From NCBI GenBank assembly GCA_051942245.1, contig JAVECL010000027.1, positions 1-64,000 of the forward strand: a stretch of 64,000 nucleotides of DNA. The letters are read 5' to 3'. Positions 37,181 to 50,595 of this stretch are shown here, one piece after another. This DNA comes from Trypethelium eluteriae (lineage: Eukaryota). The notes beneath the pieces were generated by a model that had not been told where the DNA came from, did not search any database, and saw only the letters and a list, made by a program, of their open reading frames with translations. The stretch's first letter is position 1. Every line of letters begins with the position of its first letter. The translations under genes were made by a program, and so were the position numbers.

Positions 37181-40100
37181 TCATTTGTTCATCGTTAATA
37201 GGAATTTCTCCAAATCATACTCCTCCTCATATTGTCGTTCATCCCACAGCTCGCCCAACTCGTCTAAGAATCCTTTCTTACCCTTCTCCCGCACCTCGCC
37301 AGTGGCGTCTACCGCCATCGCATCCTCGTCGTCTCCTTCGCCGATCTTGTCTGCATTGGACGGCGCTGGTAACGCAGCGGAAGAGGTATCATCGATGTTG
37401 AATAGGTCGAGAATCTGGTCTGTACCCATGGTACCAAGGCCCGCGTTCTGCTGATTGACGACTGTGGAGGCCATGTCGATTTTGAAACGTTGGAGGCTAC
37501 AGCAAGTCGTCAGTTCCTGCACTTGAGGGAAGGAATGAAAAGTAATGCAATTTAGAGAACAGTCAGAAAGGACTTACTTCAGAATCTTTTCCTCCACTGT
37601 CCCGCGAGTGACCAGGCGATACACATTCACGACTCTCTTTTGGCCAATGCGATGAGCACGATCCATGGCCTGCAAGTCACGCTGCGGATTCCAGTCGTGC
37701 TCGACGAAGATGACAGTATCTGCGCCTGTTAAGTTCAATCCCAGACCTCCCACACTAGTGGTGAGGAGTAGGCAATCGTATGACGGATCGCTGTTGAACT
37801 TGTTAACAATGCTTTGCCGCTGGCTTGCCTCGACCGAACCATCAAGACGTAGTTTCGTTGCAAGGGGCAATGTGGCACTAAGGTGCTGTGAGACGGTATC
37901 AAGCATTTCTTTCATCTGGCAGAAGATGAGTGCTCGGTGAGGAGCAACGGCTTCTGATGCATCTGGGACGGTTTCAGCGCCGTTTGCCGAGGCGGACTCG
38001 ACGCCAATGCCACAATCGATTAGAAGGTCTCGCAGTGCACCCAATTTTGGTGCATGGACGGGATCTGTGAGCGGGGGCGAGTTCGTCTTGGCAAGGGCCC
38101 TCTTCACATCATCGTATTGTTTATGACCCTCTTTCAGCACCAACGAGGGTGCATTGCAGAGCTTGCGCATGTATTGAAGAGCCTGAAAGATATGCTGCTT
38201 GGCCTCTTTGTCGGCTTGACCAGCCAGCTCCTTGACTTTCGCACCTTCTTTTTTGGTGAAATCCTCGAAAATTTTACGTTGTAGATCGCTAAGGTCGCAG
38301 TAATAGTTTTGAAGAATTTTTGGTGGAAGGTCATTGAGTACCTCTTCCTTAAGACGACGTAGAAGGAAGGGCAACACTTGTTTGTGAAGTGCCTCGATGG
38401 CAAGAGCGCCTGCTTCTTGTTCTTTAGAGGAAGATTTCGAGAACCGGCTAGCGGCAATAGGTTTGGCAAATCGATCTTGGAAGACTTTCTCGGTGCCGAG
38501 GAAGCCAGGCATAAGAAAATCAAACAAAGACCAGAGTTCAAGCACGTTGTTTTGAATAGGTGTTCCGGAAAGGATGAGGCGATGATTGCTCTTGAGACGC
38601 TTGACAGCTTGCGTGAGTTTAGTCTTCGGATTCTTGATCAAGTGCCCTTCATCAAGCACACAATAGTTCCAGTTCTGTGCTGCGAGGGTATCGATGTCAT
38701 TGCGACAGACGTCATAGGTGGTGATGACAATATCGGTAGATCCAATGGATGATTTGAGTTTGTTACGAACTCCTGGCGCGCCGACATACGTAAGGACAGA
38801 AAGAAACGGCGCAAATTGGCGGATCTCTTGACCCCAGTGACCAGACAAAGACGGTGGGCAGACTATGAGCGAAGGCAGTCGTCGACTATCTTGCGATCCA
38901 GTCTTTGTGAATTCTTCTGCGCGCAGATGATGGTCTGAAGCAACGATACACAGGGTTTGTAGTGTCTTACCAAGACCCATGTCATCGCAGAGAATACCGT
39001 GCAGATGATACCGGTTGAGGAATGCAAGCCAGTTGACGCCTTCTTGCTGATACGAGCGAAGCTCTGCTTTGATTGCGACAGGAATTTGGAAAGGTTCGAC
39101 TTTCTTCGGATCGAGCATTTGAGCGATGAACTTCCTTTCCCGATCTCGTCCTTGGAGAAGCTCCTGGGATAGTCCCGGCGGATCCTCAATTCCGGCCTCG
39201 AGAGGTACAAGCTTGACTAGATGTGCAAAGGTCGTCGTAGCTATGAGGCGAATGTCGTCGTCAGAATCGCTCATACGCCCGAGAACAGGGACTAAAAGGA
39301 ATATCACGTATGGCAGAATGCCGTCTTCCATGACGTGAATGAGATGATATACGCATTCAATAGCGCCTTGACGGATGTGGACATCCAGGGCATTACTAAT
39401 GCCAGGAAGGACCTTTTCAACAAGCATGGTAATGCCTTGAACAGTGACGACACTGCAAATCGTAGCAAAGCATTTTGCTGCCGCGTATCTGAGAACAGCA
39501 AGCTTCGACTGGAGTGCTCGCGCGATAAAAGGGAGTAGACCCAAGACAAAAGCATGCAGACCTGGATGGAACTTGGGCACCAATGCGCGTAAGGTTGAAA
39601 GTGCATCCACAGCCTCCTGACCATGGGTGACACCAGGCTCCAAGATGTCTCCTGGTAGATCCGCTTCGAAGACCCGCTGAATTGGCTCTTCAATGATGTC
39701 TTTCAGCGCCGAACATTTCTCAAATAATGACGGGCCAAATTTGGCGCACAGTTGCTCCAGAGCCTCTTTCGCACCACGTCTAGTGATCCTTGCGGCTTTG
39801 ACAGCCTGTGCACGAGCCTTTGCGTCTTCGAATTCCTGGATATGCTCGTCTTTCATCAGTGACAAGATACCATTTTTAATGTGTGCGCTAGGGGAAAATT
39901 CTGGCGTCTCGGAAGTCTCCGCACAGCAAAATTTGATAAGGTTGACGGTAACTTTATTGATTGGTTGTGATTTGCCGGCCTCGGAGAATTGCTCGATAAG
40001 TCGAACGACAGCTGCGGCAGCGCGCTTCTGCAGCTCCATGTTTTCTTCTGTCTTGACACTGTCCATCATGCCTTTGATAGTGGCACTAGCCTTCTTAGGG

Positions 40101-43100
40101 ACGTCCCCAAAGGCAACCACAGCCGCTGCAGCCGCAGCTCGGATACGAATGTCGCGCTGATCTTTGACGGATTTGGCCTCGTCGATGACTCGCTTGGCTG
40201 TGTCCCTAGCATCTGCAAGCGTCTTCTCACAAGCCATCCTTTGTGTGGATGTAAATGTCTTTTTCAATTTTTCGAAGTCCTCATTAAGGATCCTATCAGC
40301 CATAGTGATCGAGAAGGCATATTGACTGCTATCAGGCTCGCCCTGCACTAACACCGGTATTTGTGGAAGCCTGGCATACGGTATGCCAGCCTCTCTCATC
40401 TGATTGACTACAGCGGCGCACTGAGCTTTCGCAGTCCTGAGGTAATGCACCAGGTCAGTGTACGAGGGTGGCGGCTCATCTTCTACCAAGGAGAGGAGTC
40501 TCTTTGAAAGAGCGTGCGAAAGAGCATCCTTCTCCGGCGAGGCAGTTGCATATTCTTCAGATGCCATAGCAGTAAAAAGCCTGGAGGTTGAGTACGTTGA
40601 ACTCAACTGTGGGAGTAATTTCTGAGCAAATGTGGCATGTCGAGACGCTACCGGCCATGCTGCCATGGCTTTGCCCAGCGCTTGCGTAGAATAAATTTTG
40701 CACCGTATCATGCAATCAATGCCTACTAAATCAACATCTCCAGTCATCATGTCACCGTCAACATTGTGCGATGAAGATGTGGGTTGTTGAGCAGGCTGGT
40801 CTTCCTCTTTCTTCGATCTTCGCCGTTGTTTCTTCGGAGGAGGTTCCGAGCCATTAGGAGGGGAGCTTTGCTTTCTTTGAGCACCGTTGCTAAGCGGTGC
40901 GAAGGTTTGACCTGACGGGCGAATGAATAGGGCTGGGTCCATTGGAACAGGATTGCGAGATGTTCCGATAGGGTGTAACGTTGAAGAAACCAATGGATCA
41001 AGGTGCGGGTGGAATTCGGCAGCAAATTTATCCCGGCCTTGTTCGACGAGAGCCTCGATCAAGGCATCCCAGACCTGCAACGATTCTTTCAGGACACGTT
41101 CGGTGCGTTCGACCAGCATATTCTGATACACCAAGCGCAGAATCTTGCCGGTGACCCAGCCTTTCGTACTCGGCCCTTCGATATCCAGGAATGTCAGTAG
41201 AGCACGCAAGACAGCTGACCGGACAGTGGTGATTGTGTGTCGCAAGAATGGGTACAACCGTGGAACGAGTTCTGTGAAAGACTGCTCGGGGTCCTGCGCG
41301 GCGTTCCTTTTCATGGCGTCCAGCACTTCTGGGAAGCTACAGAGTTTGGCCAGAAGATCCATGACCAAACCAGTACTTGCACTGAGATCATCACTGAGAT
41401 TGGATAGACAGTCCCAGACAATATGGATGAGATGGTTCAGGGCTGATGGCCTGAAATGGACGAATTCCTTGACGACTGGCTGGAGCGTAGCCGCACTCAC
41501 GGCACGAACGTCATCGTCGGCATCAACGAGCCCCTTCATGACAGTCTCTAGAACTCCATCCATGAGCTTGTTGTCCTGTAGAAGAAGGTCGCTTCGAACG
41601 GCGACCAAATACCTCATGCCAATCATGCCACCATGACACGCTTGCCAAATGCGTGTCGATTGCTTAAGATCTTCTTGCATGATAAGTCGATAAAGGATGT
41701 CGTAGATTGCGCGTATCGACGATGGAGGTAGACATGGCAGTATTACACCCAAGACCTGTCCGGCTGTCTCTCGGATTGGAGCAACGACATTGTCAGAAAT
41801 ATAGTCACCGAAACGGTCGAGCATGAATACGCAAGCGATGCGACAAGCAAGATCGTCGAGCCATCGCCTGTTGAGTTCATCATTCTGTGCTCTTGGTGTA
41901 CCCCAGCGGCGGCCTGCGCCAGTGCCATGCACGCGAATGATTTCACGAAGAGCCATGGCTGCACCGTGTCGTACCTCCCACCTATGGTCAAACATATCGA
42001 CCATGAGCAATTCACAAAGCCGTTCGTAAGGCCACTCCAGGCCCTTCTCTTCATCCTCGGTCTGAAGCGCGGACTTCTCCGGGACAGTCGGGCCTTTGTA
42101 TTCGCTGACGACCTTACTGTCGTCATCACCGGCCTTACGATCTAGATTGAAGTAGTCTGGAGTCTTGTCCTCGGATTCCTCTCGCTTCACTTCCAATTTA
42201 ACGGGGTGGGGTTCTGTCTCTGCTGGTGCATCCAGGTCATCCACACTTTCGCGTCTGCCGCCAGAGAAGTCCAGCAGACGGACTTTGTTAGCTTGGCCTT
42301 TCATCTCTGTCTTTTTCTTGCGCTTCAACATATTCAGCTGTCGTTTGCTTAGCTGGGCCTCCCCACCGCCGGGAGTCTGCGAATTCGTGTCATGTGGAGA
42401 CAACACAGCACTAGACTGCATGCTATTGTTTCGAGTAAAAGAAGTATCAAGCTTCGACAAGGCAGGCCTGTCTCCAGAATGACCAGCGATATCCTGCTCG
42501 CCAATAGCGTCGTCATCAAAGTCTGTGAATTCACCACCCATACCAAGACGAGCAATCAAGCTCTTCTTTTGGTGAGCAAGTCTCTCGGTGGGGTCCATGG
42601 CAGCCAGCTTGTAGTCATATTGTTTGCCGGCACTACCAAGTAGAGTTTTGCCTTTAGTCAGGATCGTTGTGACATCCAAGGTGGCAAGTTCGAGCTGATC
42701 CTCCACGGCCAAAGATGGTGGACTGGCGTCCTCCTCTTTTTTGACGGCCAAGGATCCATTTGCAGCGCCATTGGGTTCGTCTTTGACTGATATATCAAAG
42801 TCGTCGGCGTTAGGATCGAATTTCTCTGCATTTTCGACAATGCCGCCAATTGCCTTGGCAGCCGCAACGCGAGTGTCCCATCCTTTCTGTCGTAAAAAGG
42901 GAACGACGCGAGTCAGCAGATTGAATAGCTCATCGGGATGCTGTTTTTGGACATCGGCAAGTTGTTGCGCTGCGGTGTTACGGATGAGCTGTGTACTGCC
43001 TGTTTCGAGCAAGCTGCATCAATCACGGCCGTCAGTGTCAGCGATGCACAAGGGATGCATAAAATGGGATAAGTGACATACGTGACTAAACGGTCCAAGC

Positions 43101-43110
43101 GGGAGGCCAT
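37181..43110 (-). CDS. MOT1: TBP-associated SNF2-family ATPase Mot1/BTAF1
   Basis: MASRLDRLV/LLETGST..R..AAQQL, HEAT repeats, GILCDDMGLGKT, LDEGH, HDWNPQRDLQAMDRAHRIGQ and tail LWDERQYEEEYDL. Two introns. Confidence 0.97.
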
Positions 43111-43982
43111 AGCGTCGGCCGATCCGATCAGCGCCAGCCAGATTAGTATTACTCAGCCGACTGCTCAAAACTAAATCCTCGTCACGGTCGTGCAAGCATT
43201 ATCGCCCTCAACCGGCAAAAGAAGGGAAAAGGAGATCAAATGGACCAATAGGCGAGAGGGCAATGCGACGGAGGGTGAGTCGGGGCCGGTGGGGGATGAG
43301 AAGGGATGGGGCTGCAGCGGTGGGTGACAGGCTACGCATGTCTCTCTCACCTCTCCTTCGCCGCGCGCGAGCTCGGGAGCTCGCCGGCCCTTATATCGTA
43401 CGAGCACCAAAGAGGGTGCAGCCACGCCAGGCCCGATCGGGAATGGACCCGCCCGTCACCACGCTTCCACCACGCTTCCACCACGGCCAAGTCAGGGGGG
43501 AATGCACAAGTCCATCGTCATCCCCCGACCCAGCTATCTCGAGACTCTGTAAACTGCTGCACCTTTCCGTTTCTTGCTGTGCTGCCTACCTGTCGCCGCC
43601 TCTCTGAGCTGAGCGATGCATCCAAGCTTCATCTTCTTCCATGTGTTCCATGCAGCCTACAAGCGCACTTGAAGAAGCCGCGTACTGCAGGGATGTGCTA
43701 CACTAGCAACCGCGTCAACCTTGGAAGGCAACCATCTTTTCTTCTACCTCAACAACAACGTACTCACACGCCACTTCAATTTGCCATAATCACTCAAATG
43801 TCACGGGAATCAGGGGGAGGAGCATCAATAACTTTTCCACGACAAATAATACTGGATTTTTCGTCACGAGGAAAGCTAGTGGGGCTGCATTGGAGCACGC
43901 TGCAGAAACTCATGCAGCCTCACTACGATGCGTCTGCCTCAGGCTGCCACGAACTTTATGTGATATCTAGCCTCTTTTGAAT

Positions 43983-46036
43983 CTACTTCATCTCCTCTCT
44001 GTCTGCTCCTTTTGCCCATTCTCTGAGTACATTTTTCTTGACCTTCCCTGTGCTTGTCTTTGGTATCTCCTCTATGATTTCCACCTCTTTCGGAACCATG
44101 AATTTACTAATATCACTCCAATTCTTCGCCCAGTCTATTATCTCTTCTCCTCTCAGTGTCTTTCCCGGCTTCACTGTAATGAACGCCTTTGGCCTTTCAC
44201 CCCAATGTGCATCTTCTACTGCGACGCATGCTGCTTCCAGAACATCCGGGTGTGTAACGAGCATTGACTCCAAAGCTACAGAAGAGATGTTCTCGCCCCC
44301 TACGGCACGTCAGCATGTAAGAAAATGTCCCACGATACAGCTTTTTACGAGCACACTACAGAGAAAGAGATCGCCACACTTACCACTAATGATAACATCC
44401 TTTGCCCGGTCTAAAATCTGAATCGCTCCATCTGGATGCGAGACCGCGAGATCTCCACTATGCAATACTCCGCCAGCAAATAACTTCCTTGTTGCCTCGG
44501 CGTCCTTATAGTATCCTTTAGCACAAATATTGCCCTGAAAAACAATCTCGCCAATCTCCTTTCCATTCTTCTCCACATCAATAATCGTCCCATACTCAAC
44601 GTCCGTCTTAATGACACGCACAGGCAACGACATCACGAATCCATGTCCTTGCCGCGCCATTCTCGCGTATTTGTCCTTCAGCGGGAGGGTATCCCAGGCA
44701 GGCATGTGGTATCCCTTCGTGATTGGGCCGTACGTCTCTGTCAAACCGTAAACGTGCACGGGATGTAAGTTCAGGTCCGTCATTGTCTCAAAGAGGTGTG
44801 CCGAAGGCGGCGATGCCGCGACCGTCACCCGCACGGGTTGCGGGAGCTTCTCGGCGTTGGGGTCGGCGCAGAGCATTGTGTTGACCGTCGGAGCGGCATT
44901 GAAATGCGTGATGGCCTCCTCTTTCAGAAGACGCCAAATGAGCGGATAGTCAATCCGGCGGAGACAGTAATGTGTCCCGCGCACGGCGGTAACGGCCCAA
45001 GGAAAAGTCCACCCCTTAAGTAGCGTATTCAGCATAAGTCTCGGTCCTCAGGAATCACATGATAATCGAGGACGAAAGGTACATACCATAGCATGAAACA
45101 GTGGTAATATCCACAAATAATGGCATCTTCCAGTCTGATACCCCAAACCGCTCTCCACTATATTTCCCACTGCGCCCAGGTACGCGCCCCGATGCGTGTA
45201 TACGACACCCTTGGGTCTGGCTGTTGTACCACTCGTATATGCGAGCGCGATCATGTCTTCTTCATCTGCGCATTGAGCTTCTAGTCCACCCCATCCTTTC
45301 TCGCCGCTCTGCATATCGTACTGCAGGCCTTCTTGCACAGCTGCATCGAACGGCCCGCTCAATGGACCTTCCGTGGCATCGGTATCGGTGTCAACAAGAA
45401 GTGGAACGTGTGGATTTCGCTCCCGGAAGGCTGTGAGGAGGGTCACGAATTCGTGGTCGACAATGATCAGCTCGGCTTCGGCGTGTGCGAAGATGTAGCT
45501 AATGTCTTCAGGTTTGAGCCGGTAGTTCACCGCTACCACCACGACCCTGTCAGTCCATTCTCCCTCCGTGAAAGTGACGTAGATATGGGGAGAGGCAGGG
45601 GATAGGAAGGGCACAAACCAACATTCACCGCCCCCGCCGCTGCGATCCCGAAGATGCTCTCAAGAAATGCGGGCGTGTTCGGACACAGGATTCCAACGCG
45701 TTTGTATCCATGCTTTTTTAGATAGTAGGCAAGTCCTCGGGCTCGATTGGCAGCTTCTTGGTATGAGCGCCGTAGAATACGGTTATTGGAGGTCAGGTGG
45801 TAGATTGCTAAGGCCTAAAAGGATATAAGTCTATGGACTTTCTTCCAGAAGGAAATGGGAACCCATACATCCGGCTCAATTTGGGCAGCCCGTGGAAGAA
45901 AGAAGGTAGGCGAAAGCGTGTGGAAATTGTGGTGGTGAACATATTCATCCTGTGAGGATGGAGCTGTTGTGGGCGACGAGGAGGAGGGAACGAAGTGAGA
46001 GACGAGCTTGGAGAGTCGAGATGAAGCGGATGACAT
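43983..46036 (-). CDS. AMP-dependent acyl-CoA synthetase, probably peroxisomal
   Basis: YTSGTTARPKGV, YGLTETYGP, HSGDL..DRAKD.IISG and PKTSTGK. Several introns. N-terminal PTS2-like RLSKLVSHF. Confidence 0.92.
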
Positions 46037-46234
46037 CTTGATTGTGTATCTCTTAAGCCGGTAGAGGCAAGGTAGAAGAGACCCTCCACTTCTCGCAAAA
46101 TTCTGCAAAGACTTTTACAAAGGATTTAATAGTGCTCGCTGTAGTAAATTTGGTATGGAGATAGCTGGTAATACAGTAAACTCTGGACGGATGCGACTGC
46201 TACGACCTGATAAGGGAGCCGCATGACAGCATCA

Positions 46235-46240
46235 CCGAGG
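46235..46240. promoter_or_regulatory. CCGAGG (FarA/FarB-type fatty-acid response element)
   Basis: CCGAGG about 200 bp upstream of the acyl-CoA synthetase ATG. Confidence 0.4.
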
Positions 46241-46500
46241 ATCAGACCTTTTAAGGTGTGGGGTATGGCGTCAGAAATGGACGGGCGGGATCTTCTACGC
46301 TAACCCCAAAGTCTGCCGCTGAATTGGAAACATTGCAAAAAGGGCAGTTGAAGTTGTATGTTTTTGCTACAGTGCAAAAGAGCATGTAAGAGAAGCCGTG
46401 ACCCTGATAACACGCGCCGCCTCCGAGTTCGGGGCAAAGATGCAAGCAGCCTCGAAACCCGTATCGTTATTTCTTTGCCCACATCGTTCTCCCCAACCGT

Positions 46501-47509
46501 CTAATAGCCGTATTGCGCCAGCTGCTCCTTAGTCTTACTGTCCAACTTATCCTCTGCCTGCTTGCGCGCCTCCGAGAGCTGTCTCCGTGCCGCCTTCTTA
46601 CGCTCGTAATATGCTTGTCCCTTGACTTTCCTCTTCTCCTCGAGTCTGCAGTTTTGGTGATCAGCAACGAGTCCAAACACCAGAATCAAAGGATGGAGAT
46701 GTCATCTATTATGACCATTGATAGAGCATACCTCGCGACAACATCCTGATATTTCCAGCCGAACTCATGACCCAATCTACCCACGGTGCAGTACTTCCTT
46801 CCCGGCTTTAGTCTTAATACACGGAGAGCTTGTGGCACCACCATGCGCTTCTGATGATCATACGGTGGGGGAACTCCTTCGAAGGTCTTGAGACGATTGA
46901 GAGCTGCAGCGCCACGGGGCGTCTTGTGGGGAATCATGCCTCGGACGGTACGCCAGAACATCTTGGAAGGTGCGCGATAATGCCACGGACCTGGAAGAGT
47001 ATGTGTGAGAAACCACCGTCATAAGAGAGGAAGGTTGGGAAGGCGGAAAGTTAAGCCTAGGAGGGAAGATTGCTTACCTCCTCGCGTGGCATTGTAACGG
47101 GTCTGTTTGCGGAGGAATGCCTGATATTTCACTGCTCAGAGAATCCGGTCAGCAACTGCATTAGCCCAAGAAATCCTCGTTGTCATAGACAGTCCAGAGA
47201 CGATGCATTCTTCCCAATGCCTTATTATATCCGCTAGGGGATGTTGTATTTGGACGTACGTTTCGCGCGAAAGAATTCTCCAGAGATATTCAGGGCCTCG
47301 CATCGGACAACCACAACTTTCTGGCCATTCAAAAGCTGCTTAGCGACTATACTAGCCAAGCGACCGAGAAGATGTCCCTTGCCATCGATGACGATCTGGA
47401 GAAATCAAGTCAGTAAGTTGTTCACGCTATACGAATCATCTTCTATCCAACTTTGAAGGGGATCTGAAGTTATGGGAGCTGCACGTACGACTGGCTCAAA
47501 GGTAGACAT
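46501..47509 (-). CDS. RPL16: 60S ribosomal protein uL13 (L16/L13a)
   Basis: [58 protein letters not shown]. Multiple introns. Confidence 0.97.
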
Positions 47510-47952
47510 CTTGCTCGAATCCGGCGCGTTGGATCTGGAAATGGATGGACGTTAACGTGGTTGTGCTCTGACCTCCGTGAGTTTGAGTGCGGTGGTGGTA
47601 AAGTCAAGTAACGGCAAATTCCGTCGTGTGCCGGTAAGCGAGTCAACGTTTCGCCGACGCGCACATCTCCCTCATACTACTCCTCCTGCATCTTGTGAGA
47701 TGAGACTTTCGTCTCATGGTCAATAATGCATCGGCCTAAAATTCGGACCTATATGCGGGACTAGGCATAACTGAGCGATATATTACGGTAAGATGCCTTA
47801 TCCTTTAAGGATCATGACGAATGTCCGTTTCTCCTATACCTATATTTTCATTGCCTAATGGTATCTTTTGCATATACTTCTTATACATATATCGCTAGCA
47901 AGCTGGAATAGGAAGAACCGTTGACATTCCGGACTTCTCCTTGCTATGTCTT

Positions 47953-49184
47953 CTATGCATTCTTCAACCCCAACCTCTCTCGAACTCTTCTCTCACCGCG
48001 GCCAAGCTCACTATTATACGCCTTGTCATATAATGCTTGCAATGCCTTATCAATCCCACCTGGACTTTTCTCCAGCTCGGTGAACTCTTCAGCGAACTTA
48101 CCATTCAAGACTCGCTCTTCTGCAACGCGCTTGAACTCTTTCCGAATTGGAGCCGTGTCAACTTCCATGCTGCCTTTGAGCTGACCAAATTGGCTACTGC
48201 ATGTCAGCCTGAGGTTCGTAGCAAGCGTCAGAGATGGATACATACCTGACGCTACTATGATGGATCAATTGTCGGATGAAGCCATCATCTGCGGCTTTTT
48301 CGAAAATCTCGGCCTGGACGACAGTCAGAAGTAGGAGTGAATGGTAATCTCGGTACGAACAGGCTCCTTGCTCATCCACATTTCGTGGACAAGCGCTTCA
48401 TCTGAGCAACCAAGACCTTTGAGCAGGGTATATGCTTCGTTGAAGCATGCAATAACTGCTGGCCACAGCGCTTGTTCCGCAAACAAATCCATCAACGTCT
48501 CTTCTCTTACTGAGCTCTCGATAACGCCACCCTTGGTCGCACCGATTCCTCTGCAGAGGGCTAACGCAACATCCCACGCCTTACCCGTTCCGTCCTGCTC
48601 AACGGACACAAAGCACGGAAACCCTTGACCACTTTCATATCGACTGCGGACCGACGTGCCGATCATTCGTGGAGCAACCATGGAAATATCGCAGGAAGAT
48701 GGGATGCTGAGGTATTTGTAAAAGACGTTATATCCACTGGCGACTACCACACAACATGTCTTCTTTAGCGTCGGAGCGATCGCCTCATTGAAAAGCTTAG
48801 GCTGAACCTGCTTCTAATCAGCTTTGCCAAAGGACCCTTTCCAATTTCTTCCTCACCTGATCAGGTACGAGGAGAAAAAGGACGTCCGCTTCAGCGGCAG
48901 CAGCAGCCCATTCTGAGGTATATCCAAAGCCGTCCTCTTCCGCTGTCTTGGCATAGGAGTCTTTCGGATTGGCAATCTTAATTTGTGGGGCTGGAGATAA
49001 GGCAGCAGATTTGAAAGTATCACGCTAGGCATTCAGTCAGCAGATGGAGAGGGGAGCTTGCTGCTTTACTCACTAGATTCAGTGCTTGGGCGCGCCCCTG
49101 GTTTCCATAGCCAATGAACACAATGCTCTTTCCAGCAAGTGCCTCCAAGGAGCAGTCCTTGTCGTAAAACATGCGAGCAGTCAT
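47953..49184 (-). CDS. Short (class I-like) ketol-acid reductoisomerase paralog
   Basis: MFYDKDCSL..L.GK.I..IGYGNQGRAQALNLRD, FLLVPDQ, MVAPRMIG..VR..Y..G.GFP and EETLMDLFAEQ. Four introns. No N-terminal presequence. Confidence 0.88.
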
Positions 49185-49665
49185 GATTGCTTAGCGAATG
49201 GTATTTCTGTCCAAGAAATCAAAAAGGTGTACGCGGTCAGCCATCTTCAAAGCTACGCCGTTTCGGACGACTTGCTCTATTATACGCGTGAGATAGCCAT
49301 CCACGGGACATCTCTGGATTTTCCCTACGGGCCGATGATACAGCGAGATTGTGGAGAGGCTTTATTCGCTGCGGGGCAGCCCTAAGTTTGACCCTGCATT
49401 TGAGTGTGCTGAGCTAGATGCTGCCTAGATGCTTCCTGGTGGTCGGCCCGCTGAAACACCGATGGAAAAGCAGAATTCCATGAGATCATCGAGTCGGAGT
49501 TCGTTCATCTGTCCATCCTATTTGGCATGGCTGCCACCAGGTATCATATTTGCTTTATCCGTTGTCCTCCATGAGTGAGGTATATATCTCCACAATCTTA
49601 TCCCCCTACCTTCACCATAATGATCTTAATCTAAAGCCCCTCGTAACAACATCACCCCGAACTCG

Positions 49666-50595
49666 ATGCAGCATCTCCTACGCCCCCTGCGCCCTCTCTT
49701 TCGACCTATTCCACTTACCCTTGTATCAGGCACAGCAGTCTTCCTTGCCGGATCGAGATTCTCTGCAAAAGCCCCCAATCTTTCGCCAGCAACCATGAAC
49801 TCCACCCCCGGCAACATCAAGCCCTTCCCCGTCGAGCCCTATGTCCCTCGCCACGCCTCTTGGCCCTATTCCTCGACCGACTTCCAACGTCAAGATCCTT
49901 CCTCCGACGCTTCTTTCTACTCATCCCCTCGCTTCGTCACCCACATTGACGACCACGCGATCTCTCAGCTGCGGAAATACTACGCTGACTGGCTTCCTAC
50001 ACGTGGGCGCATCCTCGACTTCTGCAGCTCATGGATCAGCCACTATCCTCCCACGATCGAGGAAGCCACTAAGGATGGCGAGCTCGTTATCGTGGGCATG
50101 GGCATGAACAAAGCTGAGTTGGAAGCGAATCCAGTATTGCGAAAGGAAGAAACGAGGGTGCTGCGGGATCTGAACGAGGACGCGGAAATAACCAGCGAGG
50201 TGGCGAGCATTGGGGACGGGGATAAGGAGGAAGGGTTCGATGCGGCGACATGTGTGGTGTCCATCGATTACCTCGTGCGGCCAGTAGAGATCCTCTCAAG
50301 CCTGAGGCAGCGAATGAAGCCAGGCGGGACGGTCCATCTCGCCATCAGCAATCGCTGTTTTCCGACGAAGGCCGTGTCGAGATGGCTGCGTGTGGATGAG
50401 CAGGAGAGATTGCAGATGGTTGGCGACTATCTGCATTTTGCAGGGTGGAAGAAGATTGAAATTGTCGATTTGAGCAAGGGGGATGAAGATAAAAAAGAGC
50501 AGGCTCCGACGACTACGCTCGCTGCCTTGATGAGGTCCATGGGTATGGGCGGCCATGACCCTCTGTGGATTGTTAGAGGAACCAGAGAAGACTGA
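49666..50595 (+). CDS. Class I SAM-dependent methyltransferase-like protein
   Basis: D..FY..PRFVTHIDD, ILDFCSSWISH, CVVSIDYL..P and SNRCFPTKA. Arg-rich presequence-like N-terminus. Confidence 0.85.
   Translation: MQHLLRPLRPLFRPIPLTLVSGTAVFLAGSRFSAKAPNLSPATMNSTPGNIKPFPVEPYVPRHASWPYSSTDFQRQDPSSDASFYSSPRFVTHIDDHAISQLRKYYADWLPTRGRILDFCSSWISHYPPTIEEATKDGELVIVGMGMNKAELEANPVLRKEETRVLRDLNEDAEITSEVASIGDGDKEEGFDAATCVVSIDYLVRPVEILSSLRQRMKPGGTVHLAISNRCFPTKAVSRWLRVDEQERLQMVGDYLHFAGWKKIEIVDLSKGDEDKKEQAPTTTLAALMRSMGMGGHDPLWIVRGTRED

Noticed and set aside
43306..43980. 224-aa ORF upstream of MOT1
   Set aside because: Covers the MOT1 promoter and the synthetase 3' region, has no recognisable domain, and is likely spurious.
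46251..46482. Short Cys-containing ORFs downstream of RPL16
   Set aside because: Fall in the RPL16 3' UTR and synthetase promoter, with no supportable gene structure.
49258..49266. CCG-N3-CGG upstream of the KARI paralog as a Leu3/LeuB site
   Set aside because: Spacing differs from the CCG-N4-CGG consensus.
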